Assembly (NCBI RefSeq): GCF_021869535.1
Contig: NW_026262723.1
Location: 84,816,001-84,880,000 of the forward strand
Length of the DNA: 64,000 nt
DNA from: Mytilus californianus
Lineage: Eukaryota
Direction of reading: 5' to 3'
In this document: positions 46,935 to 59,560 of the stretch, in pieces
Layout: the number at the start of each line of letters is the position of its first letter
How positions within the stretch are numbered: position 1 is the first letter of the stretch
Notes under the pieces: generated by a model
Told to the model about the DNA's origin: nothing
The model's database searches: none
The model's input: the letters and a program-made list of their open reading frames with translations, nothing else
Program-made: the position numbers and the translations under genes

Positions 46935-49144
46935 ACACATTATAACTGTAATCGAGTTTGAGATTCGTTATCCATTTTAAATATATATTTCATATAAGAG
47001 ATGGCTTAGTCAAGCGTGTTTTTATAACATCTTATTCATAAATTTTGCAATTCAGCAAAACCATATTTGAAATGATTAAAAAACGTATTTTAGGAGTAAT
47101 CTATATAACTGATAGCATATAGGGTTATCCGTCTAGTTCGTTATAAAATGAAAAGGAGTAAAACTAATTTGTGCAATATAGCAAGGCAGCAGTCCTTTAG
47201 CGCCAATTGTTAATTGTAGGATGTATCATTTGCAGCAATTTCGCCATTATACGGAATTCATTTGCGCCTATTTAGCTCGGTATACATATTTATCATACAT
47301 AATAATCATAAATAAGGTAAGCTACCTTTATTATGAAAAGTGTTCACTGAAGGAAAATAATAATATCAGTCTTTGCTGTTTCCATCATCCGTATATGCTG
47401 TAACTCCACCAACCGCACTAATTGTAGACCAGTGGCACTTCATACGCCTTACATTGTACTGTTTTATTCATCACATCCATCCATGAATGTATTTTGTATT
47501 TGATTTTTATATAATTAATATATAATTGACGATAAAATGTTTTAAAATGTGCCATTAAATGACTTAAACTGACTTTAACTTCGTCACCAGTGTAAACTAC
47601 CAGAGGACGAGGGAAGTCAAATATTATTTTTAAATTAGCGCAATAGTATACTTTTTGTTTGGCGCAAATGATACTATGTTTTTGAAAACTAGTGGTGTAA
47701 ATAAACGTAGCATTGGCGTAAATGAGTTGTATCGCAAAAGGACGCATTTTTGGCGCAAACGGATTTCTCCCTGTGGCAATATAATAAATGAAAAAGTGTC
47801 AAAATGGGAGTTTGATTTAATAGAGGGAACTAGAAACGACTGCTTGGGTACCTAATGACCATCATGGTAAGAGTTCTCAAGTTTTTAATGAAAAGGACGA
47901 ACAAAATTATCGCCGAAGAAAATATATGTCCGTTAATGAGTTACTGACTTTGTAACATCATTCTGATTATATTTGAATGTATATGTAGGATAGAGAATGG
48001 GAACGGGGAATGTGTTCACATACTTTTAAATGTTGCGATCTTTTCTCTGACCGTCACAATTGCCCTCGACAAATTTTATTCAAAATTGCATTTTCACTGA
48101 TTTTTACCATTCAATAACTTTGGAATGAATTATATTTTTAAAGGAACATCAAACAATTCTAGATATATTTATCTTATGATATTTGTCTTTGGTACATTGT
48201 TACGAGAATACAATCACACATTTTCTTTTTTACGTTGTTCATTCTACTCTTAAAAGTCCTGAAATAATGAATCCGATTTGCTGAATTTATATATCTTATT
48301 ATAAAATCGTTCAAAGGACATTTCTTTTTGACACATCAAGTCAATCAAGTTCATTCGGTCCGATTCAGAATACCTTTTCAGATATAAGTTCGGTTGAATG
48401 ACGATTAACTGACTGAACCATGCTATTCCACAATGCGAGTAAATGACTGCCTTTGTAAACTACAATTGTGTACAATTCTGCATTCGTCATCCAGTTAGTG
48501 TATCGGCACTAATATATAGTTTACAAACAGTTCTTATAAATATATAACAACTGTGCATATACTATTCATTGAACTTGCATTTTCGTTGTGTTGCTGGTTC
48601 TCTCCGTTACGTGCATCTTATGTCCGTATTTCTGTATCATCAATTTGGTGTCAGTCGGTCATAAGACGTCAAAATATAAATGTAAGCAATAAATAGTTTT
48701 CTTCAATTTTGTCCGTTTGTAAAATGTTTTTTAATGTTATACTGTCTTTTCAAAAGATTTCGAAAAAGCACCTCTGTCCTCTTGAGCAAATTTTATACAA
48801 TATTTGATTCCTGAAAAAAGCGGCATAACTCAAAAAGGTAAATGAACGGTGTTACTTTTTAGCTCGCATATCATAATATTCCATATATAGCTAGGAATCT
48901 AAGTGAGCAAGTCGAGCTCATTTGAGCCTCTATCTGATATATAATGCATTGTTCAAATGGTTATTTTCGATGCAAATATCTATAAACTAACCGACAGAGG
49001 ACATTCTAACGTAAAATAATAACAGATTAAGCACCAAAGCATAACCAATTTTATCACCCGATTCCGAACAGTATCAGAACTCATTTCCCCGAAAGAAGAT
49101 TCTTCTTATTCTTATACCCATTTACATTATGAAAATCATCAAAA

Positions 49145-49480
49145 ACACCAGGCTATAATTTGTTACGTCAGATGCAAGTTTCGTCTATATAAGACTCAAC
49201 AGTTGGAGGCCAAATCAAATAAGAAGTTGGAGAGCATTTAGAAAACCAATAATTAAATAAAAGCTCCAAATACGAATAAGGCTATATATGACAAAGGTAG
49301 AAAAGCCGTAGTGTTTCAAGTTACTGACAGAAAATGACAATATCATTGATATTTCATGTCAACACTAATGATGTGCGGACTACTTGGCTGGTGATACCCT
49401 CGAGGATGAAACGTCCACCAAAAGTGGTGGTAAACAGATACCAGGCTTTTAAGGTATTACGCCAAACACGTGTTTCGTCA
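49145..49480 (-). mobile_element. Decayed retrozyme/Penelope-type monomer bounded by two hammerhead remnants
   Basis: Minus strand CTGTTGA-GTCT-TATAT-AGAC-GAAAC at 49164..49205, and GACGAAACACGTGTTTGGCGTA at 49458..49479, about 295 nt apart. Confidence 0.7.
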
Positions 49481-49994
49481 TGATTGAATAGTAGAACGAC
49501 AAAATTTATGTCAAAACAGCACATTATTAGAATATTATATTCAATATCATCTATTAATCATTTGCACAAGAAGTCTAAACACGATATGTAATAAAACCAA
49601 TCAAGCTTGAAATTCAAACATGATGGGATCATGAAATATTCCCTCTAAAATATTGACCATATAATTACAGTAAGACCTGTCTTATCTTAATCTTACAGGA
49701 TTTCTTAGCCTATAAATACTGTGGCATCTCTAAAACGAAATCCATCTCTTCTTTTTGTGTGTTCTAAAAGTATTTATGTCCGTGTTAAACAAAACCGACA
49801 TAAATAATGATAGACTATGAAAGTTTTTACTAAAATGGGCTATAGAAAATTCCAGTGAAAGTTTTTTTTTGTAGAAATCACGTTTAATGCGCTTTCTAAA
49901 TCGACTACATCTTCTTGCCTTGATTTTGATAATTTCTACACATTCTGCATGGTCTTTGTTTGGTGATGTGTCGTTATACATTGCATAGTCTCGA

Positions 49995-50590
49995 TTCATC
50001 TACATATTTGCTTTTATCATTTCTTAATTGCATGGTATCGTATGCATGACATTTGTTTTGGTCGTGTGTTGGTATCGTATGTATCTTTGATTTTATCATT
50101 TCTTGGTATCGTATGCATGACATTTGTTTTGGTCGTGTGTTGGTATCGTATCCATCTTTGATTATATCATTTCTTGATATTGTATGCATGGCATTTGTTT
50201 TGGTCGTGTTTTGGTATCGTATGCATCTTTATGTTTATCATTTCTTGGTATCGTCTGCATGACATTTGTTTTGGTCGTGTGTTGGTATCGTACGCATTTT
50301 TTATGTTTATCATTTCTTGGTATCGTCTGCATGACATTTGTTTTGGTCGTGTGTTGGTATCGTACGCATTCTTTATGTTTATCATTTCTTGGTATCATCT
50401 GCATGACATTTGTTTTGGTCGTGTGTTGGTATCGTACGCATTCTTTATGTTTATCATTTCTTGGTATCGTCTGCATGACATTTGTTTTGGTCGTGTGTTG
50501 GTATCGTATGCATCTTTATGTTTATCATTTCTTGGTATCGTCTGCATGACATTTGTTTTGGTCATGTGTTGGAATCGTACGCATCTTTGT
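49995..50590. repeat. 72-bp minisatellite, about 8 units (dimer of ~36-bp subunits)
   Basis: GTTTATCA recurs at 50233, 50305, 50377, 50449. Confidence 0.92.
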
Positions 50591-52145
50591 TTTAATGATG
50601 TGTAGGATTTAATAATGTCCCCCATGAAATAATTTTATAGTAAATACTGTCACTATTTCCTATGAGAATATGTCCTCAGATATGAAAAAGTGTCTATGAA
50701 CCTTGACATTATTTAATACTATAATTCTGTCCAGGTGGAGATTTTTTCACAGGACATTTTTTGATATGATTATAGTATTAAAAAAATGATATTCATTGCC
50801 TTGTTATTACTGGGCGTATTTTAACCTATAATTGCGAACTTTAATACATTGTTACTTTGACAGAGAGTTGTCTCATTGGCACTCATACCATCCTTATCTT
50901 CTTATTTATATTTAAGTATAATAAAACTTTTTAATGACCTTTATATTACTTCCCTTGGAGGACACAATGTAATAGCAACTACTATGAAAACTTGTCATTG
51001 GGTGGACACTATTTCATAACTTTTGCAGTAAAAATCTGTCCACTTGAAGGACAATATGTCATGGCAATGGACATTATTTAATACCAAAATTCTATGAAAA
51101 ACTGTCCAGGTGGACACTTTTTCACAGGACACTATTATGTCTTACATTACATCCTACATTTTATCTTCGTTTTATTATGTGATGTATACTACATATCTGT
51201 TTTTATCATTTTGTTGGTATCGTATGCTTAACGTTTGATTTTTTACCATATGTTGGTATCTTCTGTGTGACATTTGATTTTGATCATGTCTTCATATCGT
51301 CTGCATGATCTTTGTTTTTTGTATGTGTTATATCCTGTATTATCTTCGTTTTACTATCTCTTCAGTTTTCTGCATGCAATTTGAGTTTGGTCATGTCTGT
51401 GTATTTTCCGCAAGTAGTTGGACTACTTAGATCACTCGGTCACCGAGGCCCCTCGTCATCTATATGATCTTTGTTTTTGATCTAGTGTTGACATCTACTG
51501 CATGACTTCTGCATTTGATAAAGTGCTAGTATCATATGTATGACCTTTGCATTTCATCAAATGTTGGTATCTTCTGTTTGGCATTTAATTCCATCATGTA
51601 TTTGTATCTATTTCACAATATGTTTTAACTTGGTTTTTTTTTGTATATCTTATGCACATTTGTTTTAATAATTGTATCTTCTTTATCACATTAAATATCT
51701 GCCTTTTTGTTTTGCTCACACATTGTTGTTAATATAATGGAATTCTATGCGACTGTCATACAAGTGAGAGATTTAGCTAGCTATAAAACCAGGTTTATTC
51801 CACCATTTTCTACATTAGGAAATGCCTGTACCAAGTAAGGAATATGACAGTTGTTTTCCATTCGTTTGTTGTGTTTGAGCTTTTGATTTTGCCATTATAT
51901 AAAGGGCTTTCCGTTTTTAACTTCCCTTGGAGCTCGGTAGTTTTGTTATTTTACTTTTCATTATGTGCTAGTGTTTTCTGTAAAAAAATAAATTTGAATG
52001 AAGTCTATACATCTTCTTAATTGTCTTGGATTTTTTCTTTGTCTTAGATTCTTCTGCAGGCCCTTTTTCTACCATCACCGTGTTTTCTGCATCACCTACA
52101 GGTTTTTCTCTCATGTCTTGTTAGCCTCTTTATAATGCTGGATCT

Positions 52146-52501
52146 TTGATTTTGATTATGTTCTGGTATTGTCTGAATGACAGTTGATTTTGTTTATGTT
52201 TCGGTATTGTCTGAATGACAGTGGAATTTGTTTATGTACTGGTACTGACTGAATGACATTTGATTTTGTTTATGTTCTGGTATTGTCTGAATGACAATTG
52301 AATTTGTTTATGTTCTGGTACTGTCTGAATGACAGTTGATTTTGTTTATGTTCTGGTATTGTCTGAATGACAATTGATTTTGTTTATGTTCTGGTATTGT
52401 CTGAATGACAGTTGATTTTGTTTATGTTCTGGTATTGTCTGAATGACAGTTGATTTTGTTTATGCTCTGGTACTGTCTGAATGACAGTTGATTTTGTTTA
52501 T
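52146..52501. repeat. 38-bp minisatellite, left part (about 9 units)
   Basis: Unit TGACAGTTGATTTTGTTTATGTTCTGGTATTGTCTGAA. Confidence 0.95.
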
Positions 52502-53492
52502 CACGGGTAGTAACCTCGTCATATCGAGGAGCGTTTAGTACATTGATTTTGTCATAGTTTGGTTAAGGTGGTCATAATTTGTTAGGTTACTTCCCAGAAC
52601 GATTGCCTTATTTCGTTTTAAATGAGCAAATAAAAAGTAAATAACATGTTTGAATCTATATTGTAAGTCAAACGATCTAAATTGAAATTGTTGTTTTTAA
52701 GAAATTGACGCAGGATAACCAAAATATCGAGATTCGTATGGTTTGGTTAAGCGATTGACATGGTTCAGTTAAGTGTCTAGAAATTTGTCATGGTTTCGAT
52801 CAAATTGTCATGGTTTAGATCCAAATTAATACATATTTGTTTCACCTTAATATTGATAGTTTGCATGAAGGCGCTTGTGAAAAAAACGGAGTTACACAAT
52901 TTACGAATTGACTACGAAGAAAAAAAGCCTTTTTAACCAAATTTGGTGGGCGTAATCGGCAAACTTGGCCGTACATACATAGATTTTACTTTTGGTGTGT
53001 TCCTTAGATAGAATTTATATAACTACTGCTCTTTTTAACAGGCATTCGATAAAATGAATTACAAAAACAGAAGCCGTTGTTTTTGTTTCACCTAGACTCT
53101 TTCTTTCATACTTCCATATGTCCATGGTGAACTCTGCGGGGATATCGTGAGCGGCGTCACCAGTCAAATGATTAAAGACGTCTACTTATAGTTGCAAAAC
53201 GTAGCAGCTAGTAAAAAAAGTATCTTTGGTTAACATTCTTTCTAGCAAACTATACATCTGTTGTTTTTATTTGAACCAGATAATGCCTATGAATAAAATG
53301 AAATGTGGGGGTTGTATGCCCATGATACAGTAACCCAAGTACGAAACTAACATCAGTAAACGATATCGAGATGGCAACAAAAAGTCTTCAACCCTCCGAG
53401 GAATAAAATGTTACATGTAACATGGACAACAGTTAAAACTTATTTTTTAATAAACTATTAGTGAAATTACTATGAAAACTATTTTCAAAGTT

Positions 53493-53650
53493 CCGAATTT
53501 AAATATATGAAAGATCACAATTTCGAATTAGAAATAGGTCGATATAATGTTCATTTTTATCAATTATTATACCGAATTTAAATATATGTAAGATCACAAT
53601 TTCGAATTAGAAATAGGTCGATATAATGTTCATTTTCATCAATTATTATT
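53493..53650. repeat. 79-bp direct duplication (2 copies)
   Basis: CCGAATTTAAATATATG... at 53493 and 53572. Confidence 0.88.
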
Positions 53651-54499
53651 ACGAATGAATAAAAATAATTATGTTTTGTCATATTGTATAAGTGTATTGT
53701 GTAATATCGCTTAACCCGTTTAAGATTTTTTTCTCTTTATGCAATAAAGTAAAAAAAATCATCAGAAAAAGCTCTGTCGATCTAGTATTTAGTATGCGAA
53801 TTAAAATATACATTATTAAATATGATTGAAAAAAGTAATTTAATTTACAAGATACATGTGTTATTTGTTTAGAACAAGTACATTTATTTTTGACACGACA
53901 AGACGAGAAATCGTCGTTCTTAATAGCAGAGAATAAGATGGATGAATATGAATATTGGCAACCGAACTCCAATTCTGATAATAAAAAAAGTAACGTTTTC
54001 CTGGATTCGTGATTTTTTTTATTAGTTGTAATTGGCTTGGAACTTCCAGTAAATGCAAATACTCACAGATCGGTTAAGGCGAGGAGAGAGTTGGGAGTCC
54101 ACAAACATGTTAAACGCCACCATATTCTGTATGTGCCTGTCCTAAGTCAAGAGTGTGTAATGTAGTGACTGTCGTTTGTTACTGTATATCATATTTGTTT
54201 TTCGCTTATTATTTTGAACATAAATCAGGCCGTTGGTTTTCTCGTTTGAGTTTCTTTACATTTAATTTTGTTGGAGCCTTTTGTTGCTTGCTAAGAGGTA
54301 TGTAACTTGTTAGTTACTGAAGGCACTATGGCGACCTAACACGTACGTCATTTGGTCTCGGGTTGATAGTTGTCTCATTGGAAATCATACCGCATCTACT
54401 TATTATATAATACTGTGTTTTTTCTTAGGTCCTTTTGTATTCCAAATAAAACTACTTTTAAAGAAAATTGCTATATTATCAACGTTAATATGTGAAACT

Positions 54500-57200
54500 C
54501 ATATCTACTTGTATGGGAACAAAACAACAACATTAGGAAATGGCGACAATATATTGCAACAACAAAACAAGTACGACTCAACATATCAATACAAACACAT
54601 CTAGCAATATATTGGAAAGACAACAAGAGAATACTCCACGTGTATTGTATACTGACAATTCAACAAATGTCATATCTCAAGACTCAACAAATTCATGCTC
54701 TGATGGACAAAACAAAATGGTGCGTAAAAATAATGAAAGAACTCAACACGTACCAATTAGACAGCCCACAACAGAGATTAAGCAATCAGAACTAACTCCA
54801 ATGATAATTGAGAACGTTCAAATGTCGACTTCAACAGTACAATCAGAATTAGCACCTGTGCTGAGTGAAACTATTAAGGAATCAACTCAAATGGTCCATC
54901 TAGAGGAAAACTCAAACAAGCAAATAACAGGAAACAATCAAGATGCAAATGGTGAAGGAAGACCGAATCAATCAACCTCTTTTTTTTAGAAATTCCGAGC
55001 CTCAAGAACAAACCACCAGACATCCTCAGAATGGGCATGACAACAGAAACACTCAACAGTCACGGCAGAGATTAAATATAATTACCTGCAACATAGAAGG
55101 GGTAAAGGGAAACTCAGCCTATCTTTCAGATCTAAGTAAAGAACTAGATATTATTTGTTTACAAGAACATTGGTTATTATCGGGTCTTTTGAACTTAAAA
55201 AACTTAAAAAATGAAAAATTGACAGACTATAAGGTATTTGGACGGAGTCACGATTGTAATGAACCAATAACTATAACTTCCAAATACCAAGAGGAGGAGC
55301 AGGTGTAGCTATTGCCTGGCCTCAAAAATTCGACAATGTTATTTCAAAATTAGACGACGGGAATGAAAGGAATTATAGCAATAGAGATCATGTCAGTACC
55401 TAAACCAACCTCCCTCATAAATGCCTACTGCTAGGATCTCAGGAAAGCAAACCATTTTTGTCACAACACTCGACAGTCAGAAGGCATCTGATGTTGTTAG
55501 TCACGAAATACTGATGGACAGGCTATATCATTACGGGCTAAATATTAATTTGTGGAACATTATTGAGGAGCTATATAGCGGTGTAACATCAACAGTAAAA
55601 TGGAAAGGAGACACAAGTACAAGCTTTGATATACACCAGGGCGTGCGTCAAGGAGGTGTCCTATCTACTCACCTATATAAAGCCTACATAAAAGAACTGC
55701 TTCTAGATCTGCAAAAACGAAATCTAGGTACTCATATAGGCAACAATTATGTGGGATGTCCCACTTGTGCAGATGACATCGTACTTTTATCCCTTAATAA
55801 GTTAATAGAGAAGAAATGCAAGAAATGCTGAACATTGTCGATAACTACTCAAAAGATCATCAATTAAACATCCATCAGCAAAAGAGTAGTGTTATAATAA
55901 AGACTGGAAAAAACATAAAGATTCAGAAGATAACGATGCTTTTAAAATGGGGACCAATGATTTAAATTGTTCTGATCGTACAACTCATCTAGGGCTCACA
56001 AGATCAACAAAAGCTGAAACCAGAATAAATGTAGAAGATCGCATCAGTTTAGCAAGAAGAACGTTGTATTCTCTCATAAAGACGGGTGTACATGGTTCAA
56101 ATGGTTTAAACCCTAAATCATCATATAGGATCTTCCAAGCATACGTCCTACCAAGACTGCTATATGGGCTTGAAACTCTGCATGTGAACTCTAAAGAAAT
56201 GACGCTTCTATCCAGCTTCCATCTCGATATTTTGAGACAAATACAGTCTCTTCCTAAAAGAACAGCATGTGCATCAGTATACCTACTTCTGGGAGCTCTT
56301 CCGCTTAATGCTGAAATTCATAAAAGACAACTTAGCCTCTTATTTGGTGTTCTCAACAGCAACAATGAAACTATTAGATCACTAGCTATGCGTCAATATA
56401 TATCCGGCAGATCAACAAGCTTCTTTACCAAAACAGCAGAAATTTTAGAGATGTACAACCTACCTTTCTTTCTTGCATTATTTGAAAAGAAGTATACAAA
56501 AATAGAATGGAAAAGAATGACAAAATCAGCAATAAACGAACATTGGACAAACAAACTACGCTTAGAATGTGAAGAAAAATCAACTCTACAAAATTAAGCA
56601 ATTTCAAACTTAGGAATAGGTGTCACACATTCTGTTTGGGCTAGTTTCCTCATCAGTCTCGGACATCAGAAAAGCAATTACAAAAAGCCGCATGTTAACG
56701 GGAACCTATCTATTACAAGCTCAAAGACACAGATTTAACCAGGCAGAAGAAGATCCGATTTGTCCAAATTGTAGAACCGAAACGGAAGACCTATGTCATG
56801 TGTTAACGTGTCCATTGTATATGAACATCAGGATAGCATTATATACTCCCATCAAAACATTATGTTGCGTATTATATCTGAAACAAAATGGACAACTCAT
56901 TTCAGTAACCGTGATGCAATATGTACACTTATAGTAGACTGTCAGAACTTTGCAAATCTGGGCATTGTACAGAACAACCCAGAAATACTTGGAAAGATTG
57001 AAAACATGTCCAAAATATACTGTTATGAAATTCACAAAAAGAGATTATCCACCGAGATATAACACTTCCCTGGGTCTCACAGCTCCCCATTAAGACATCA
57101 ATGACAATATTTACCACCATGTGTCTATGTGATATATATTATCAATAGTAAAATAGTAGCCGTTTAAAATTTTAATGTGAACTATATGCTTAACTATCTG
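54500..57200 (+). mobile_element. Degenerate non-LTR retrotransposon (AP endonuclease + reverse transcriptase + C-terminal Cys/His knuckle), frameshifted and internally deleted
   Basis: IITCNIEG...DIICLQEHWL (endonuclease); LDSQKASDVVSH, GVRQGGVLS, CADDIVLL (RT); YVLPRLLYGLE; CPNC...EDLCHVL. The motifs are split over several short ORFs. Clade not determined. Confidence 0.9.
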
Positions 57201-58363
57201 CAGCATTAATATCTGCTTGCTTACCTCTAATATACAACAGATAAAAGCTTGAATGTGCGTATAGCTAGACTTTTTAAATCTGAGTAGAACTAACTTTTAA
57301 AACGCAAAAATATATCATTGCTTATCAACAGAGATGTTAACATTATCTAGAAAATATCCATCTTTAACATCTCCGGAATGCAGATTTTTTTCTTTTTTAG
57401 ACTTACTCTACTAGGCTTTTATTTGAATGATGTCTTTTAACACATAAACTCTATCCAGTTTCTTCAACAGTCAAACTAGTGCCGATCGTTCATAGATTTT
57501 ATTAAGCTAAACATTGCTTTTATAATCGAATCTACATCCTGGCGAACGTATGAGTTTTTCGTTTATATAATATGTACATTACTGTAAATAAATTTTGTGC
57601 CTGTGCAACGTTCCAGTGGAGGATTTCTTTTCAACATTTTAAATTTGGAATAACTTGTGAATACGTTAACATTAAAAAAAACTAACTCGTTAATGGAACA
57701 CAGCTACCTGTGTGTGCTCCAACGCTGGAGGGATCTACATAAAGAAGAAGATTGCCTCAAAATAGGATAGAATGGGTTAAACGCGAGAAAAAAAGTATCG
57801 GCGAAAATATGTTTTTAACAGTTTTTCAATAGTTGTATAATGTCTGTTTATTTTGATCGTTACTCTTCCATCATACACGACATGAATCACAGAACTGAAC
57901 CATGTCGAGCATGAACTAAACCATGACACTACAAAACCAAACCATGACACCGAATTTTTAGTAATCTTAAATTGTGTGCAAATGTAGCTATTTTTCGGAA
58001 TAATTAACGGCAGGTTTATATCATAATGAAATATTTGATGTAACAGACAGTAAACAAATCACTTTTCTTTATGCATGAGAAACGAATCACCACTTTTAAG
58101 TTTTGAAATACGCAAGCATTATCTGTGTCAAATTATTAACTATCTGTTTCAAATTTTAATGTACTAATATATTTGTCATAAACAAAGATACTTACCAGCT
58201 TGAATTTATGCTCAGAAGTTCCTTTAGCAAAGAAAACGGATTGTTTATATTGTGTCATTGTTTGTCATTTAAAAACACTTAACACAGTCATGTCCAACTT
58301 AACCAAACTATGACAAAATCACTATACTAAACGCTCCTCGATATGACGTGGTTACTACTCGTG

Positions 58364-59560
58364 TTTATTTCCTGGTATTTTCTGAATGACAGCTGATTTT
58401 GTTTATGTTCTTGTATTGTCTGAATGACAGTTGATTTTGTTTATGTTCTGGTACTGTCTGAAAGACAGTTGATTTTGTTTATGTTCTGGTATTGTCTGAA
58501 TGACATTTGATTTTGTTTATGTTCTGGTATTGTCTGAATGACATTTGATTTTGTTTATGTTCTGGTATTGTCTGAATGACATTTGATTTTGTTTATGTTC
58601 TGGTATTGTCTGAATGACATTTGATTTTTATTTTTTAGTATTGTCTGAATGACATTTGATTTTGTTCATGTTTCAGTATTGTCTGAATGACAGTTGAATT
58701 TGTTTATGTTCTGGTATTGTCTGAATGACATTTGATTTTGTTTATGTTCTGGTATTGTCTGAATGACATTTGATTTTGTTTATTTTTTAGTATTGTCTGA
58801 ATGACATTTGATTTTGTTCATGTTTCAGTATTGTCTGAATGACAGTTGAATTTGTTTATGTTCTGGTACTGTCTGAATGACAGTTGATTTTGTTTATGTT
58901 CTGGTATTGTCTGAATGACATTTGATTTTGTTTATGTTCTGGTATTGTCTGAATGACAGTTGATTTTGTTTATGTTCTGGTACTGTCTGAATGACAGTTG
59001 ATTTTGTTTATGTTCTGGTACTGTCTGGATGACATTTGATTTTGTTTATGTTCTGGTACTGTCTGAATGACAGCTGATTTTGTTTATGTTCTGGTACTGT
59101 CTGGATGACAGTTGATTTTGTTTATGTTCTGGTACTGTCTGGATGACAGTTGATTTTGTTTATGTTCTGGTACTGTCTGAATGACAGCTGATTTTGTTTA
59201 TGTTCTGGTATTGTCTGGATGACAGTTGATTTTGTTTATGTTCTGGTACTGTCTGAATGACAGTTGATTTTGTTTATGTTCTGGTACTGTCTGGATGACA
59301 GCTGATTTTGTTTATGTTCTGGTACTGTCTGAATGACAGTTGATTTTGTTTATGTTCTGGTACTGTCTGAATGACAGCTGATTTTGTTTATGTTCTGGTA
59401 TTGTCTGGATGACATTTGATTTTGTTTATGTTCTGGTACTGTCTGAATGACAGTTGATTTTGTTTATGTTCTGGTATTGTCTGGATGACAGTTGATTTTG
59501 TTTATGTTCTGGTACTGTCTGAATGACATTTGATTTTGTTTATGTTCTGGTATTGTCTTA
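58364..59560. repeat. 38-bp minisatellite, right part (about 31 units)
   Basis: Same unit; period checked at 58501/58539/58577. Confidence 0.97.

Larger units (their letters stand above)
52502..58363. mobile_element. Non-autonomous DNA transposon with 66-bp TIRs (CAC...GTG) and 5-bp TSD TTTAT
   Basis: 52502..52567 and 58298..58363 are inverted repeats with 4 mismatches; TTTAT at 52497..52501 and 58364..58368; mirrored subterminal TGTCATGGTTT motifs. Confidence 0.88.

Noticed and set aside
49974-50625. Several overlapping hydrophobic or repetitive ORFs on both strands
   Set aside because: The 72-bp period equals 24 codons, so several frames stay open by construction; no start context or unique domain.
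54540-54989. 149-aa T/N/Q/S-rich ORF as an independent gene
   Set aside because: Low complexity, runs directly into the LINE endonuclease region; at most the decayed end of LINE ORF1.
58364-59560. CRISPR-like appearance of the 38-bp repeats
   Set aside because: Units are contiguous with no unique spacers, no cas genes, eukaryotic context.
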